Part shown: piece by piece, positions 26,752-39,720 of the stretch
Numbering within the stretch: position 1 is the first letter of the stretch
Layout of the letters: the number at the start of each line of letters is the position of its first letter
Assembly (NCBI GenBank): GCA_964016885.1
Contig: OZ024764.1
Location: forward strand, 25,482,001-25,546,000
From: Eledone cirrhosa
Lineage: Eukaryota
Direction: 5' to 3'
DNA length: 64,000 nt
The notes under the pieces: generated by a model
What the model saw: only the letters and a program-made list of their open reading frames with translations
Databases searched by the model: none
Told to the model about the DNA's origin: nothing
Translations under genes and position numbers: made by a program

Positions 26752-28055
26752 TCATCATCATCATCATCGTTTAACGTCTATCTTCCAGGCTAGCATGGGT
26801 TTAGACGGGAATTGTCCCACGTGAGGCAAGATTGGTCGGGTGACCGTGTCTTGATCATATAGGAGTGTCTGGCAGGTTTTCTACAGCTGGATGCCCTTCC
26901 TAACACCAACCACGTTTACTGTGTGGACTGGGAGGTTTTTACCATGTTACCTACATGGCCACATTACAGCATGGAATGTGTGTTTTTTTGTCATGACATC
27001 TACACGACCTCATTTATTTAGGACTGGATGTTGTGGTACCAACATAAATTTACAGAAAAGGGGGTGGTGTAGATGGGGTGGGGGAGTTGGGGTAGTGGAT
27101 TGGGGTGTATATTTGGTTAGGAGGTGCCTACTGTGTGTAGCTTTCGCTTTGTACTTAGGCAAGGGGGGGGGGTCTTCTATATTATTGCGTAGCGCCAAAG
27201 ATCTCGGTCCAGTGACATTGTCTTAGAGAGGTGTAAGTGTGTAAGATCGGAATTTATCAAATCGTCCCAGGATTTTCTGGATCTGCCTACTCCGTGGCTA
27301 CCGTCTATTTTGATCGCCCTGCACTTTTTTATACAGCTGTCGTCTTTCATGTGCATCACGTGACCATACCAACGTAGTCTTCTCTCGAGTAAACAGCATG
27401 CATGCTTCGTTCCTCTCTAGTCTGCACTGATCCTTTGCACACAATGCCCAGGTCTCACTGCCATGTAACATTGCTGTTTGTATGCAGGCATCATACAGTC
27501 TGCCTTTCACTTTTAGGGAGAACCCTTTAGCGGCCAATAGTGGTATAAGCTCTCTGAACTGTTTCCATCCCGTTCTGACTCTGACTACTGTACTTTCAGA
27601 GCACCCTCCTCCACTGCTGATTTTGTCACCCAGGTAACGGAAGCTGTCCAATATTTCTATAGAACCATCTGGGCAATGGAATGAGCTAGTATCCTGTGGG
27701 CACTTGCTACTACTTATTGCACCTGAGCACCAGCCACATATAAAATCTAGATAGTTTACCTGTGATCCCACTACATCTTTTATTCACCCATACTTTGCAT
27801 TTGGGACATAATATGGAGTTTCTGCCTACTCATTTCCTACACACTGAGTATGGCCATTTCCAAGAGGGGACCAGTGCCCTATTTTCCTTCCTTCATACTA
27901 GAACTTTAGTCATAGACAGGTTAATTTTAAAGCCTTTTGATTCTAGGCCATGCTTCCATTTTTGGAATTTCTTCTCTAGTTCAGCTATGAGAGTTAGATC
28001 ATCAGCGTATAGAAGTTCCAATGAGCAGCCGGTCTTAAACTCCTCTGTTATAGCC
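26752..28055 (-). mobile_element. RTE LINE family B, 5'-truncated
   Basis: LLYADDL, PHD region, FRYLGD, MLHGSETW, 3'UTR and (GAT)n tail. Confidence 0.92.
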
Positions 28056-28305
28056 CGAAGGGCAATAATAAATAGGTAGATAGATAGTTTTATATATATA
28101 AATAAAATTAGAATTTTATTTCTCGCTCTAGCACAGCTGATACATGAATGTAACTTTGCATATGTACACACACATATATATGTACACACACACATATATA
28201 TATACACACACATATATATATATATATACACACATACATATATACATATATATATGTGCGTATGGGTCATATCGAACATTAATATTTGTTTCTACTTACA
28301 CAGTG

Positions 28306-28452
28306 AATTACTGGTACTTTATTTTATTGACCCCGTAAGGATGAAGGGCAAAGTTAAGCTCAGCGGGATTTGAACTCAGAATGGCAAGGGCCTTAACTCT
28401 ATGCGTCAAAGCATGGCGTCTGACCCTCTACCGATACTGCCAATCCACTGCC
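28306..28452 (-). mobile_element. Nin/Deu-domain tRNA SINE copy
   Basis: Homologous to 12905-13095. Confidence 0.75.
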
Positions 28453-28528
28453 ATCATTAATAATAATAATAGATTTGTTAGTAAACAAACAGCCAGTATA
28501 AAGCTGTGCCATGCCGATGGCTTTGAGG

Positions 28529-28573
28529 AACAATCAACACGTTTCTGGGTCATTAACCTTCATCAGGACTGTT
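28529..28573 (-). ncRNA. Minimal type I hammerhead ribozyme motif
   Basis: aacagtc-CTGATGA-aggttaatgaccca-GAAA-CGTG-TT-gattgtt. Confidence 0.65.
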
Positions 28574-28707
28574 TATCTCTACTAAACCTTTGAACTGTTG
28601 AAAATATATAATATTTTCTAAAGTAGACATCAGCTGAGTAACCTCACTTGCAGACCGAGCAAGTTTTGGCTGACCTTGCCGAAAAATAGAATTAGAATTT
28701 TAGACCA

Positions 28708-31700
28708 TTGCCTTGGACATCAGTGGTATGGAGAAGGCAGACTGGTAAGTATGGACAACTGTTGGTCTTTCTGTCTTTCCCTTCGACATCAGTGGTATGG
28801 AGAAGGAAGACTGGTAAGTATGGACAACTGTTGGTCTTTCTGTCTTTCCCTTGGACATCAGTGGTATGGAGAAGGGAGACTGGTATGTATGGACAACTGT
28901 TGGTCTCTCTGTCTTTCCCTTGGACATCAGTGGTATGGAGAAGGGAGACTGGTAATAATGGACAACTGTTGGTCTTTCTGTCTTTCCCTTGGACATCAGT
29001 GGTATGGAGAAGGGAGACTGGTAAGTATGGACAACTGTTGGTCACTCTGTCTTTCCCTTGGACATCAGTGGTATGGAGAAGGGAGACTGGTAAGTATGGA
29101 CAACTGTTGGTCTTTCTGTCTTTCCCTTGGACATCAGTGGTATGGAGAAGGGAGACTGGTAAGTATGGACAACTGTTGGTCTTTCTCTCTTTCCCTTGGA
29201 CATCAGTGGTATGGAGAAGGGAGACTGGTATGTATGGACAACTGTTGGTCTTTCTGTCTTTCCCTTGGACATCAGTGGTATGGAGAAGGGAGACTGGTAA
29301 GTATGGACAACTGTTGGTCTCTCTGTCTTTCCCTTGGACATCAGTGGTATGGAGAAGGGAGACTGGTATGTATGGACAACTGTTGGTCTTTCTGTCTTTC
29401 CCTTGGACATCAGTGGTATGGAGAAGGGAGACTGGTTAGTATGGACAACTGTTGGTCTCTCTGTCTTTCCCTTGGACATCAGTGGTATGGAGAAGGGAGA
29501 CTGGTAAGTATGGACAACTGTTGGTCTTTCTGTCTTTCCCTTGGACATCAGTGGTATGGAGAAGGGAGACTGGTAAGTATGGACAACTGTTGGTCTCTCT
29601 GTCTTTCCCTTGGACATCAGTGGTATGGAGAAGGGAGACTGGTATGTATGGACAACTGTTGGTCTTTCTGTCTTTCCCTTGGACATCAGTGGTATGGAGA
29701 AGGGAGACTGGTATGTATGGACAACTGTTGGTCTTTCTGTCTTTCCCTTGGACATCAGTGGTATGGAGAAGGGAGACTGGTTAGTATGGACAACTGTTGG
29801 TCTCTCTGTCTTTCCCTTGGACATCAGTGGTATGGAGAAGGGAGACTGGTAAGTATGGACAACTGTTGGTCTTTCTGTCTTTCCCTTGGACATCAGTGGT
29901 ATGGAGAAGGGAGACTGGTTAGTATGGACAACTGTTGGTCTCTCTGTCTTTCCCTTGGACATCAGTGGTATGGAGAAGGGAGACTGGTATGTATGGACAA
30001 CTGTTGGTCACTCTGTCTTTCCCTTGGACATCAGTGGTATGGAGAAGGGAGACTGGTTAGTATGGACAACTGTTGGTCTCTCTGTCTTTCCCTTGGACAT
30101 CAGTGGTATGGAGAAGGGAGACTGGTATGTATGGACAACTGTTGGTCTTTCTGTCTTTCCCTTGGACATCAGTGGTATGGAGAAGGGAGACTGGTATGTA
30201 TGGACAACTGTTGGTCTTTCTGTCTTTCCTTGGACATCAGTGGTATGGAGAAGGGAGACTGGTAAGTACGGACAACTGTTGGTCTTTCTGTCTTTCCCTT
30301 GGACATCAGTGGTATGGAGAAGGGAGACTGGTAAGTATGGACAACTGTTGGTCTCTGTCTTTCCTTTGGACATCAGTGGTATGGAGAAGGGAGACTGGTA
30401 AGTATGGACAACTGTTGGTCTTTCTGTCTTTCCCTTGGACATCAGTGGTATGGAGAAGGGAGACTGGTAAGTATGGACAACTGTTGGTCTTTCTGTCTTT
30501 CCCTTGGACATCAGTGGTATGGAGAAGGGAGACTGGTAAGTATGGACAACTGTTGGTCACTCTGTCTTTCCCTTGGACATCAGTGGTATGGAGAAGGGAG
30601 ACTGGTAAGTATGGACAACTGTTGGTCTTTCTGTCTTTCCCTTGGACATCAGTGGTATGGAGAAGGGAGACTGGTAAGTATGGACAACTGTTGGTCTCTG
30701 TCTTTCCCTTGGACATCAGTGGTATGGAGAAGGGAGACTGGTAAGTATGGACAACTGTTGGTCTCTCTGTCTTTCCCTTGGACATCAGTGGTATGGAGAA
30801 GGGAGACTGGTAAGTATGGACAACTGTTGGTCTTTCTGTCTTTCCCTTGGACATCAGTGGTATGGAGAAGGGAGACTGGTTAGTATGGACAACTGTTGGT
30901 CTTTCTGTCTTTCCCTTGGACATCAGTGGTATGGAGAAGGGAGACTGGTAAGTATGGACAACTGTTGGTCTCTCTGTCTTTCCCTTGGACATCAGTGGTA
31001 TGGAGAAGGGAGACTGGTAAGTATGGACAACCTTTGGTCTTTCTCTCTTTCCCTTGGACATCAGTGGTATGGAGAAGGGAGACTGGTTAGTATGGACAAC
31101 TGTTGGTCTTTCTGTCTTTCCCTTGGACATCAGTGGTATGGAGAAGGGAGACTGGTAAGTATGGACAACTGTTGGTCTTTCTGTCTTTCCCTTGGACATC
31201 AGTGGTATGGAGAAGGGAGACTGGTATGTATGGACAACTGTTGGTCTCTCTGTCTTTCCCTTGGACATCAGTGGTATGGAGAAGGGAGACTGGTATGTAT
31301 GGACAACTGTTGGTCTTTCTGTCTTTCCCTTGGACATCAGTGGTATGGAGAAGGGAGACTGGTAAGTATGGACAACTGTTGGTCTCTCTGTCTTTCCCTT
31401 GGACATCAGTGGTATGGAGAAGGGAGACTGGTATGTATGGACAACTGTTGGTCTTTCTGTCTTTCCCTTGGACATCAGTGGTATGGAGAAGGGAGACTGG
31501 TAAGTATGGACAACTGTTGGTCTCTCTGTCTTTCCCTTGGACATCAGTGGTATGGAGAAGGGAGACTGGTATGTATGGACAACTGTTGGTCACTCTGTCT
31601 TTCCCTTGGACATCAGTGGTATGGAGAAGGGAGACTGGTTAGTATGGACAACTGTTGGTCTTTCTGTCTTTCCCTTGGACATCAGTGGTATGGAGAAGGG

Positions 31701-32963
31701 AGACTGGTTAGTATGGACAACTGTTGGTCTCTCTGTCTTTCCCTTGGACATCAGTGGTATGGAGAAGGGAGACTGGTTAGTATGGACAACTGTTGGTCTT
31801 TCTGTCTTTCCCTTGGACATCAGTGGTATGGAGAAGGGAGACTGGTAAGTATGGACAACTGTTGGTCACTCTGTCTTTCCCTTGGACATCAGTGGTATGG
31901 AGAAGGGAGACTGGTATGTATGGACAACTGTTGGTCACTCTGTCTTTCCCTTGGACATCAGTGGTATGGAGAAGGGAGACTGGTAAGTATGGACAACTGT
32001 TGGTCTTTCTGTCTTTCCCTTGGACATCAGTGGTATGGAGAAGGGAGACTGGTAAGTATGGACAACTGTTGGTCTTTCTGTCTTTCCCTTGGACATCAGT
32101 GGTATGGAGAAGGGAGACTGGTTAGTATGGACAACTGTTGGTCTTTCTGTCTTTCCCTTGGACATCAGTGGTATGGAGAAGGGAGACTGGTAAGTATGGA
32201 CAACTGTTGGTCACTCTGTCTTTCCCTTGGACATCAGTGGTATGGAGAAGGGAGACTGGTATGTATGGACAACTGTTGGTCACTCTGTCTTTCCCTTGGA
32301 CATCAGTGGTATGGAGAAGGGAGACTGGTAAGTATGGACAACTGTTGGTCTTTCTGTCTTTCCCTTGGACATCAGTGGTATGGAGAAGGGAGACTGGTAA
32401 GTATGGACAACTGTTGGTCTTTCTGTCTTTCCCTTGGACATCAGTGGTATGGAGAAGGGAGACTGGTAAGTATGGACAACTGTTGGTCTCTCTGTCTTTC
32501 CCTTGGACATCAGTGGTATGGAGAAGGGAGACTGGTTAGTATGGACAACTGTTGGTCTTTCTGTCTTTCCCTTGGACATCAGTGGTATGGAGAAGGGAGA
32601 CTGGTAAGTATGGACAACTGTTGGTCTCTCTGTCTTTCCCTTGGACATCAGTGGTATGGAGAAGGGAGACTGGTAAGTATGGACAACTGTTGGTCTTTCT
32701 GTCTTTCCCTTGGACATCAGTGGTATGGAGAAGGGAGACTGGTAAGTATGGACAACTGTTGGTCTCTCTGTCTTTCCCTTGGACATCAGTGGTATGGAGA
32801 AGGGAGACTGGTAAGTATGGACAACTGTTGGTCTCTCTGTCTTTCCCTTGGACATCAGTGGTATGGAGAAGGGAGACTGATAAGTATGGACAACTGTTGG
32901 TCTTTCTGTCTTTCCCTTGGACATCAGTGGTATGGAGAAGGGAGACTGGTATGTATGGACAAC
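28708..32963 (+). repeat. 69-bp tandem satellite, ~62 highly homogeneous copies
   Basis: Unit CCTTGGACATCAGTGGTATGGAGAAGGGAGACTGGTAAGTATGGACAACTGTTGGTCTTTCTGTCTTTC; variation is mostly confined to two sites. Confidence 0.98.
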
Positions 32964-33065
32964 ACTAGTGTGTTGTCAACTGCCAGTTAAAATCGTTTAT
33001 GATAGAGAATAAACAGGCTTTGTCATAGAAAAACAAGTTTTTGGAAATTAATGTTGTTTATATAG

Positions 33066-35806
33066 TGATGTTGGTGGTGGTGGTGGTTGTAGTGGTGTTG
33101 GTGGTGGTGTGGTGGTGGTGGTTGTAGTGGTGTTGGTGGTGGTGTGTTGGTGTTGGTGGTGGTGGTTTGGTGGTGATGTGGCGGTGTGGTGGTGGTAGTG
33201 GTGTTGGTGGTGGTGGTGTTGGTGATGGTGGTGTTGGTGGTGGTGTAGTGGTGTTGGTGTAGTGGTGGTGGTGGTGTAGTGGTGTAGTGGTGGTGTTGGT
33301 GGTGGTGTAGTCACCAACATCCTTTCCAACCTAGAAAACCTCCATCTTAATGTAAACAATCTGTGAAACTAATGGAAATATTTTTACTTCACTTCAAACA
33401 TTTCCTCACACACATACATATATATATACATACATATATATATACATACGTGTGTGTGTATATATATACATACATATATATACATATATATATATACATA
33501 TATATATATATACATACACACATACATACATACATACATATGTACATACACACACATACATACATACATACATATATACATACATACATACATATATACA
33601 TATATATACATACACACATATATATATATACATATATACATATATACATACACTCACACACACATACAGGCACACACACACACACAGACATACACACACA
33701 CACACACACACACAGACATACACACACACACACACTGAAGTGGCAGTCAACATTTATAAACAGATATTGTCATTGTTTTGTTTTCCTGTTGTCCTTGCAT
33801 GGGTTGGACAGGTCTTCATAGGACCACAACATGGTCTCTTCTTCACACCAACACTATCACTTTACAGAGTGTACTGGGTGTATTATATCATGACACCACC
33901 ACACACCACCACCACACACCACCACCACACACCACCAACACCACCATCACCACCACCACCACAACCACCAACACCACTACACCAACACCACACACCACCA
34001 ACACCACAACCAACACCACCACCACAACCAACACCACCACCACTACCACCACCACACCACCAACACCACAACCAACACCACCACCACAACCAACACCACT
34101 ACCACCACCACAACAACAACACCATCACCACTACCACCACCACCACCACCACCACTACACCACCACCACCACTACACCACCACAACACCATCATCACCAC
34201 CACCACTACACCACCACAACACCATCACCACCACAACAACAACACCATCACCACCACCACTACCACCACCACCACCACCACTATACCACCACAACACCAT
34301 CACCACCACCACCACCATCATCACCACCAACACCACCACCACCACAAAACCACCACCACCAGCACCACTACAACTACCACCACCACCACTACAACTACCA
34401 CCACCACCACTACAACTACCACCACCACCACCACCACCACCACCACCACCACTACAACTACCACCACCACCACCACCACCACCACCACCACCACAACCAC
34501 CACCACCACCACCACAACTACCACCACCACCACAACCACCACCACCACCATCACACACACATTGTTCTAGAAGATTGTTACATTAAAAAATTACTAAAAA
34601 ATGAAAGAGAAGGAAAGAAAGAGCCGTTCCCATGGTAACTAGTGGTCATATTGCAGGTAGCAACTGTTGGGTTGAAAATAACAGGTAAAATATAGATTGT
34701 GGTGGTGTAGTGGGGGGGGGGCAGTGGTAGAGTAGTGGTGGTGGTGGTGTCGTGCTGGTGGGGGGTGAGGGGCAGTGGTAGAGTAGTGGTGGTGGTGGTG
34801 TCGTGCTGGTGGTGGTGGTAGCGGTGGTGTAGTGGTGGTAGTTGTAGTGGTGGTGTAGTGGTGGTGGTGGTGGTAGTGGTGGTGTCGTGCTGGTGGTGGT
34901 GGTAGCGGTGGTGTAGTGGTGGTGGTGGTAGTGGTGGTGTAGTGGTGGTAGTTGTAGTGGTGGTGTAGTGGTGGTGGTGGTGGTAGTGGTGGTGTAGTGG
35001 TGGTAGTTGTAGTGGTGGTGTAGTGGTGGTGGTGTTAGTGGTGGTGGTGGTGGTGGTGGTGGTAATGGTCGTGGTTATATATGTAAGATAGATCCCCTCC
35101 CCCCACTGAAATGCCAGTGCAGCTGATGCTGCAGACACTGCACCTTGGGGACATTGTGTGCAGTGTTGTGTCACATGACACTGTTGATTATATGACAATG
35201 ATCGGAACTCCACCACCACAACACCACCACCACCACAACACAACCACCACCACAACACAACCACCACCACAACACCACCACCACAACACCACCACCACCA
35301 CCACCACCACAACACAACCACCACAACACCACCACCACAACACCACCACCACCACCACCACACCACCACCACCACCACCACCACAACACCACCACCACCA
35401 CAACACCACCACCAACACAACACCACCACCACAACACCACCACCACCACAACACCACCGCCACCACCACAACACCACCACCACCACCACCACACCACCAC
35501 CACAACACCACCACCAACACAACACCACCACCACCGCCACCACCACAACACCACCACCACCACCACACCACCACCACACCACCACCACCACCACAACACC
35601 ACCACCAACACAACACCACCACCACAACACCACCACCACCACCACACCACCACCACAACACCACCACCACCACCACAACACCACCACCACCACAACACCA
35701 CCACCAACACAACACCACCACCACAACACCACCACCACCACCACACCACCACCACCACAACACCACCACCACCACAACACCACCACCACAACACCACCAC
35801 CACCAG
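33066..35806. repeat. Low-complexity zone: alternating (GTG)-rich and (CAC)-rich blocks plus TA/CA microsatellites
   Basis: GTG-rich 33066-33310 and 34700-35070; CAC-rich 33890-34555 and 35210-35806. Confidence 0.9.
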
Positions 35807-35928
35807 GCTATAGAGAAGTGTCCAAGTGTGAAATCCATTATCAAATTAGAAGCATTGAGGTTGCCAAGCAACATACAGACAACTCCCAGACAGGGAAGCC
35901 AGCTAACTACTCATGGTTTTATATATAT

Positions 35929-36471
35929 ACTAGTACAGCGTTCCTTTGTCTGTGTTGAACAAACGAGCAACTATGGTTGCTAGACACTACGGCTTAATTC
36001 GGGATGTTTGTTTACAAACACACCGAGCATTATAATAAATGTTTGGTGAATCCATACGTACATATATATATGTGTGCATGTATGTATATATATATACATA
36101 CTACTGTACGTCTGTATACATATATGTATGTACGTGTACATAGTTATATTTAAGTAACAGCCGTACTAAGAGTGAGAAATTAAATTTTGTTTCATTTTTT
36201 CCGTTTATCGTTTTTCGGTACCCCGGCCGATTAACTCACTCGATATGCAAATTAGGCTGCTCAGCCGTTAATATGCATAAGGAAAGTATATACTTTCAGA
36301 CGTTCAACCATCTGGTAGGAAGGTATACGTTGCTGATGATAGCTAATAAGCTTGAAACTAGTTCAGCGTTCCTTTGTCACTGTTGAACAAATGAGCAACG
36401 ATGGTTGCTGGACACTGTACGGCTTAATTCGGGATGTTTGTTTACAAACACACCGAGTATTATAATAAATT
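35929..36471 (+). mobile_element. Retrozyme-like non-coding element, 428-nt unit with partial tandem duplication
   Basis: 35930-36040 is repeated at 36358-36470 (offset 428) and starts exactly at hammerhead stem III; no ORF. Confidence 0.65.
36327..36369 (+). ncRNA. Minimal type I hammerhead ribozyme motif
   Basis: acgttg-CTGATGA-tagct aata agctt-GAAA-CTAG-TT-cagcgt. Confidence 0.75.
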
Positions 36472-37018
36472 GATGGAAGCCACGGAGTAGGCAGACCCAG
36501 AAAAACCTGGGACGATCTGATAAATTCTAACCTCACACACTTACACCTCTCCAAGACAATGTCACTGGACCGAGATCCTTGGCGCTATGCAGTAATACAG
36601 AAGACCCACCTTGTCTAAGTACAAAGCGAAAGCTAGTCAGTAGGCACCTCTTAATCAAATATACACTCCCTCCCCACCCACTACTCCAACTCTCCCCACC
36701 TCCATCCACACCACCCCTTTCTCTGTAAAGTTATGTTGGTACCACAATATCCAGGCCGAAACAAATGAGGATGTGTAGGTATCATGACAAAAAAACACAC
36801 AGTCCACGCTGTAATGTGGCCGTGTAGGTAACACGGTAAAAACCTCCCAGCCCCACACTGTAAACGTGGTTGGTGTTAGGAAGGGCATCCAGCCGTAGAA
36901 AAACCGCCAGACAGTCCTATACGAGCAAGACAGCCAATCTTGCCTCAAGTGGGAAAACTCCCGTCCAAACCCATGCAAGTGTGGAAGATGGACGTTAAAC
37001 TATGATGATGATGATGAT
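36470..37018 (+). mobile_element. RTE LINE family B 3' fragment
   Basis: GRPRKTW...SLDRD, 3'UTR and (GAT)n tail. Confidence 0.85.
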
Positions 37019-37274
37019 ATTTCCAGGGGTACTTAGTACCTGTGGGCATATTAACTTCTTTTAATATTCTCCGTTATGTAGAGAACAAATCTGTTGTTCT
37101 ATTTAGCTGCTATTTTTAGTGGTGAGGTAGACAATACGTCTATGTTTACTTCCGCTTATACTTCGGACCGGTTCACGCATAGGTCAAATTTTCGGCCCCA
37201 TTCGATCCTGTGCTAGCTGGCAGATGGCAATATATTTTGCCGTTCCTGGTACTTTTAGTCCTAGGAAAGGAAAA

Positions 37275-37358
37275 TGCTTTCTGATGATCTAAACTTTTCC
37301 ATTGGAGGTCCCTAGGGATCTCCAATCTTTTGTGAAGTGAAACCGATCGGTAAAAGCA
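37275..37358 (+). ncRNA. Type I hammerhead motif with extended stem II
   Basis: tgcttt-CTGATGA-(insert with attggaggtcc/ggatctccaat hairpin)-GAAA-CCGATCGG-TA-aaagca; decayed homologue at ~50360-50436. Confidence 0.65.
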
Positions 37359-37439
37359 ATTGGAATAGGTAAATATTTAAATTATATTTTTTAATTTATT
37401 TTAAAAAAATGTTTGAATCTTGCTTGTTCTGCTCATCTC

Positions 37440-37511
<72 letters not shown>

Positions 37512-37662
37512 TCATCATCATATATATATATATATATATGTAGTAAGGTTGCTAGGGAGCTTCCATGGGCGGTATGCCAGTTGGCCACTCTATGCCTCTA
37601 CGCAGCAGAGTATGATAAAATGGAAAATGAAGAATCAGTGATGCATCGGAACACAATTTATT

Positions 37663-37755
37663 ACGTATTACAATTGTTTCTCCGGTGAACAGCTTGAGGT
37701 GCGACCTGTTTGTGGATTGAACCTGACTCTGGATTCACAAGTTCCTCAGATACGT
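37663..37755 (-). ncRNA. Type I hammerhead motif with long domain II
   Basis: acgtat-CTGAGGA-~60 nt-GAAA-CAATTG-TA-atacgt; decayed homologue at ~39847-39937. Confidence 0.55.
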
Positions 37756-37889
37756 CCAGTGATTTCGAAGAAAATCCTCTTTCTGCTGGACTCTGACAAC
37801 GGATGAAAAACCCAAAAGCACGAACTTTATCCGTTCCCGTGTCGATTCAATTTGGATTGCCTCGGAAACATAACCTTATTATGTAACAA

Positions 37890-37963
37890 GCTGTCTGATG
37901 ATGACACGACACTCGCACACAGAACAGTGTGGCCAGTGTCGTCATTGAAATATATATCACAGC
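37890..37963 (+). ncRNA. Type I hammerhead motif
   Basis: gctgt-CTGATGA-tgacacgacact...agtgtcgtcatt-GAAA-TATATA-TC-acagc. Confidence 0.7.
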
Positions 37964-38118
37964 ATTATTATTAAAGGACTTGAACATCTGAAACTACTTC
38001 GCTTTTCCTTATTCGATATTTACTCCGTCACTCCTATGTGGAAAAAGTACGTTGAGTGCTTGAATTGAATTGCATCAATGTTTACCCTAATAATCATTAT
38101 ATATATATATATATAATC

Positions 38119-38157
<39 letters not shown>

Positions 38158-38414
38158 AGATATATATATATATATAATTATAGCTTTGCTCCCGAATACA
38201 GGAAGTCCTCAAACAATTCTAGCGGATTCCCGCCTACATTAGTAATCTTCTCTGGCTTCTTAATATTCTCTATCAGATACTTCGTCTTAATCTCATTCAT
38301 TCTCAGCCCCACACTCATTGACACAGTCTCAACCCCCTTGCATCAAATCCTCTGCTTCCTTCACTGTATTTGTCACTAAAACTATGTCATCGCCTTAACT
38401 CTCCTGCTCTGAGC

Positions 38415-38955
38415 AAAGATTGGGAATACGGAAGATGATGTGGTTGATAGGAAGAGCAAAGCGTGGGCGGCGTGTCCCAGCTTGAGATCAGTGTGGAAGT
38501 TGGACCTTCGTAAAGACCTGAAGATCCACCTCTTCATTGCTGTAGTGGAGTCTGTGCTGCTGTACGGGTCTGAGACTTGGACACTGACCAAGAAACTCAC
38601 TCAGATGGTGGATGGGTGCTACACAAGAATGCTGAGGATGGCTCTGAACATTAATCAGTATACACTGAGGATGAGAAACTCAGAGCTGTATGGGAGCCTC
38701 CCAAAAGTCAGCTCAAAAGTGACACAGAGGAGGCTGAGGTTAGCTGGACATGTTCACCGACACCCAGAGTTGACATTGCTCCTGTGGGAGCCCCTACATG
38801 GACACACTGGAAGAGGAAGACCAAGGTTAACGTATGTTGATGCCCTAAGGGCAGACACGGGTCTGTTGGAGACGCAGGACATGGCAGCGATAATGAGGGA
38901 GAGAGACCGCTGGAGAGAACTCGTCCATGGATCTCGGGAGTTTTACCCGCCCTAG
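38415..38955 (+). mobile_element. RTE-type LINE 3' coding fragment (third family)
   Basis: KSKAWAAC...VESVLLYGSETWTLT...DGCYTRMLRMALNI...RRLRLAGH...GRPRLTYVD. Confidence 0.85.
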
Positions 38956-39284
38956 ATATATATATATATATATATATAACGGTGGAAAGGGCTCACATAT
39001 AATCTTGCATTTGATCAGAGGTAAACACTATATTTAAGGTCGAGTGACACAACTTCGGGTGATTAGCAGCCTTTAGACTCACCTGATCAATGAACAATTC
39101 TTAATACTAGAAATAAAACCCTTTTTGTACAGCCGACCATGTTATTCTTCAATCTTTCACTATAATCATTATATATATATAATCATATATATATAATCAT
39201 ATATATATATATATATATATTTCGTTTCTGAATTTGTTTAGCAAGATTCTTTATCTGAAAACGTGTGTTGAAACCGATATTGTT

Positions 39285-39685
39285 ATGCTTTGGGAGGGTC
39301 ATGTTGCCAATAAGAAACACACGCACCAGTTGCTTTCACTCCAATTTATTATAAATTAAATTTATAAATTTAAGAATTTATAAATTTCCAGTTGGTTGGT
39401 TCCATAACCAGACGGTTGTTCATATATTGTTTGTAAAAACAAGATGGCGTAGGACAGAACAAAGGAGAGGCACAAAAACAAAAAAAAGAATCCCCAGTCA
39501 CTGAAGAGGTCACAGAATGTGTGACGAAAGAACTTTGACAATATATGAATAACCGTCCAGTTATGGAACCAACCAACCAACCGAAAATTTATAAATTCTT
39601 AAATTTATAAATTTTATTTATAATAAATTGGAGTGAAAGCAACTGGTGCATGTGTTTCTTATTGGCAACATGACCCTCCCAAAGC

Positions 39686-39690
<5 letters not shown>
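39285..39690. repeat. Long inverted repeat (~120-140 bp arms) within a (TA)n-bounded insert
   Basis: TATGCTTTGGGAGGGTCATGTTGCCAATAAG... and its reverse complement; collapsed relative at 51953-52080. Confidence 0.8.

Positions 39691-39720
<30 letters not shown>

Noticed and set aside
28676-32990. Repeat-protein ORFs, or a CRISPR array
   Set aside because: A 69-bp unit divisible by 3 gives ORFs on both strands; there are no unique spacers or cas genes, and the context is eukaryotic.
33048-35983. Poly-His/Thr/Pro/Val/Gly ORFs
   Set aside because: Translations of CAC/GTG microsatellites.
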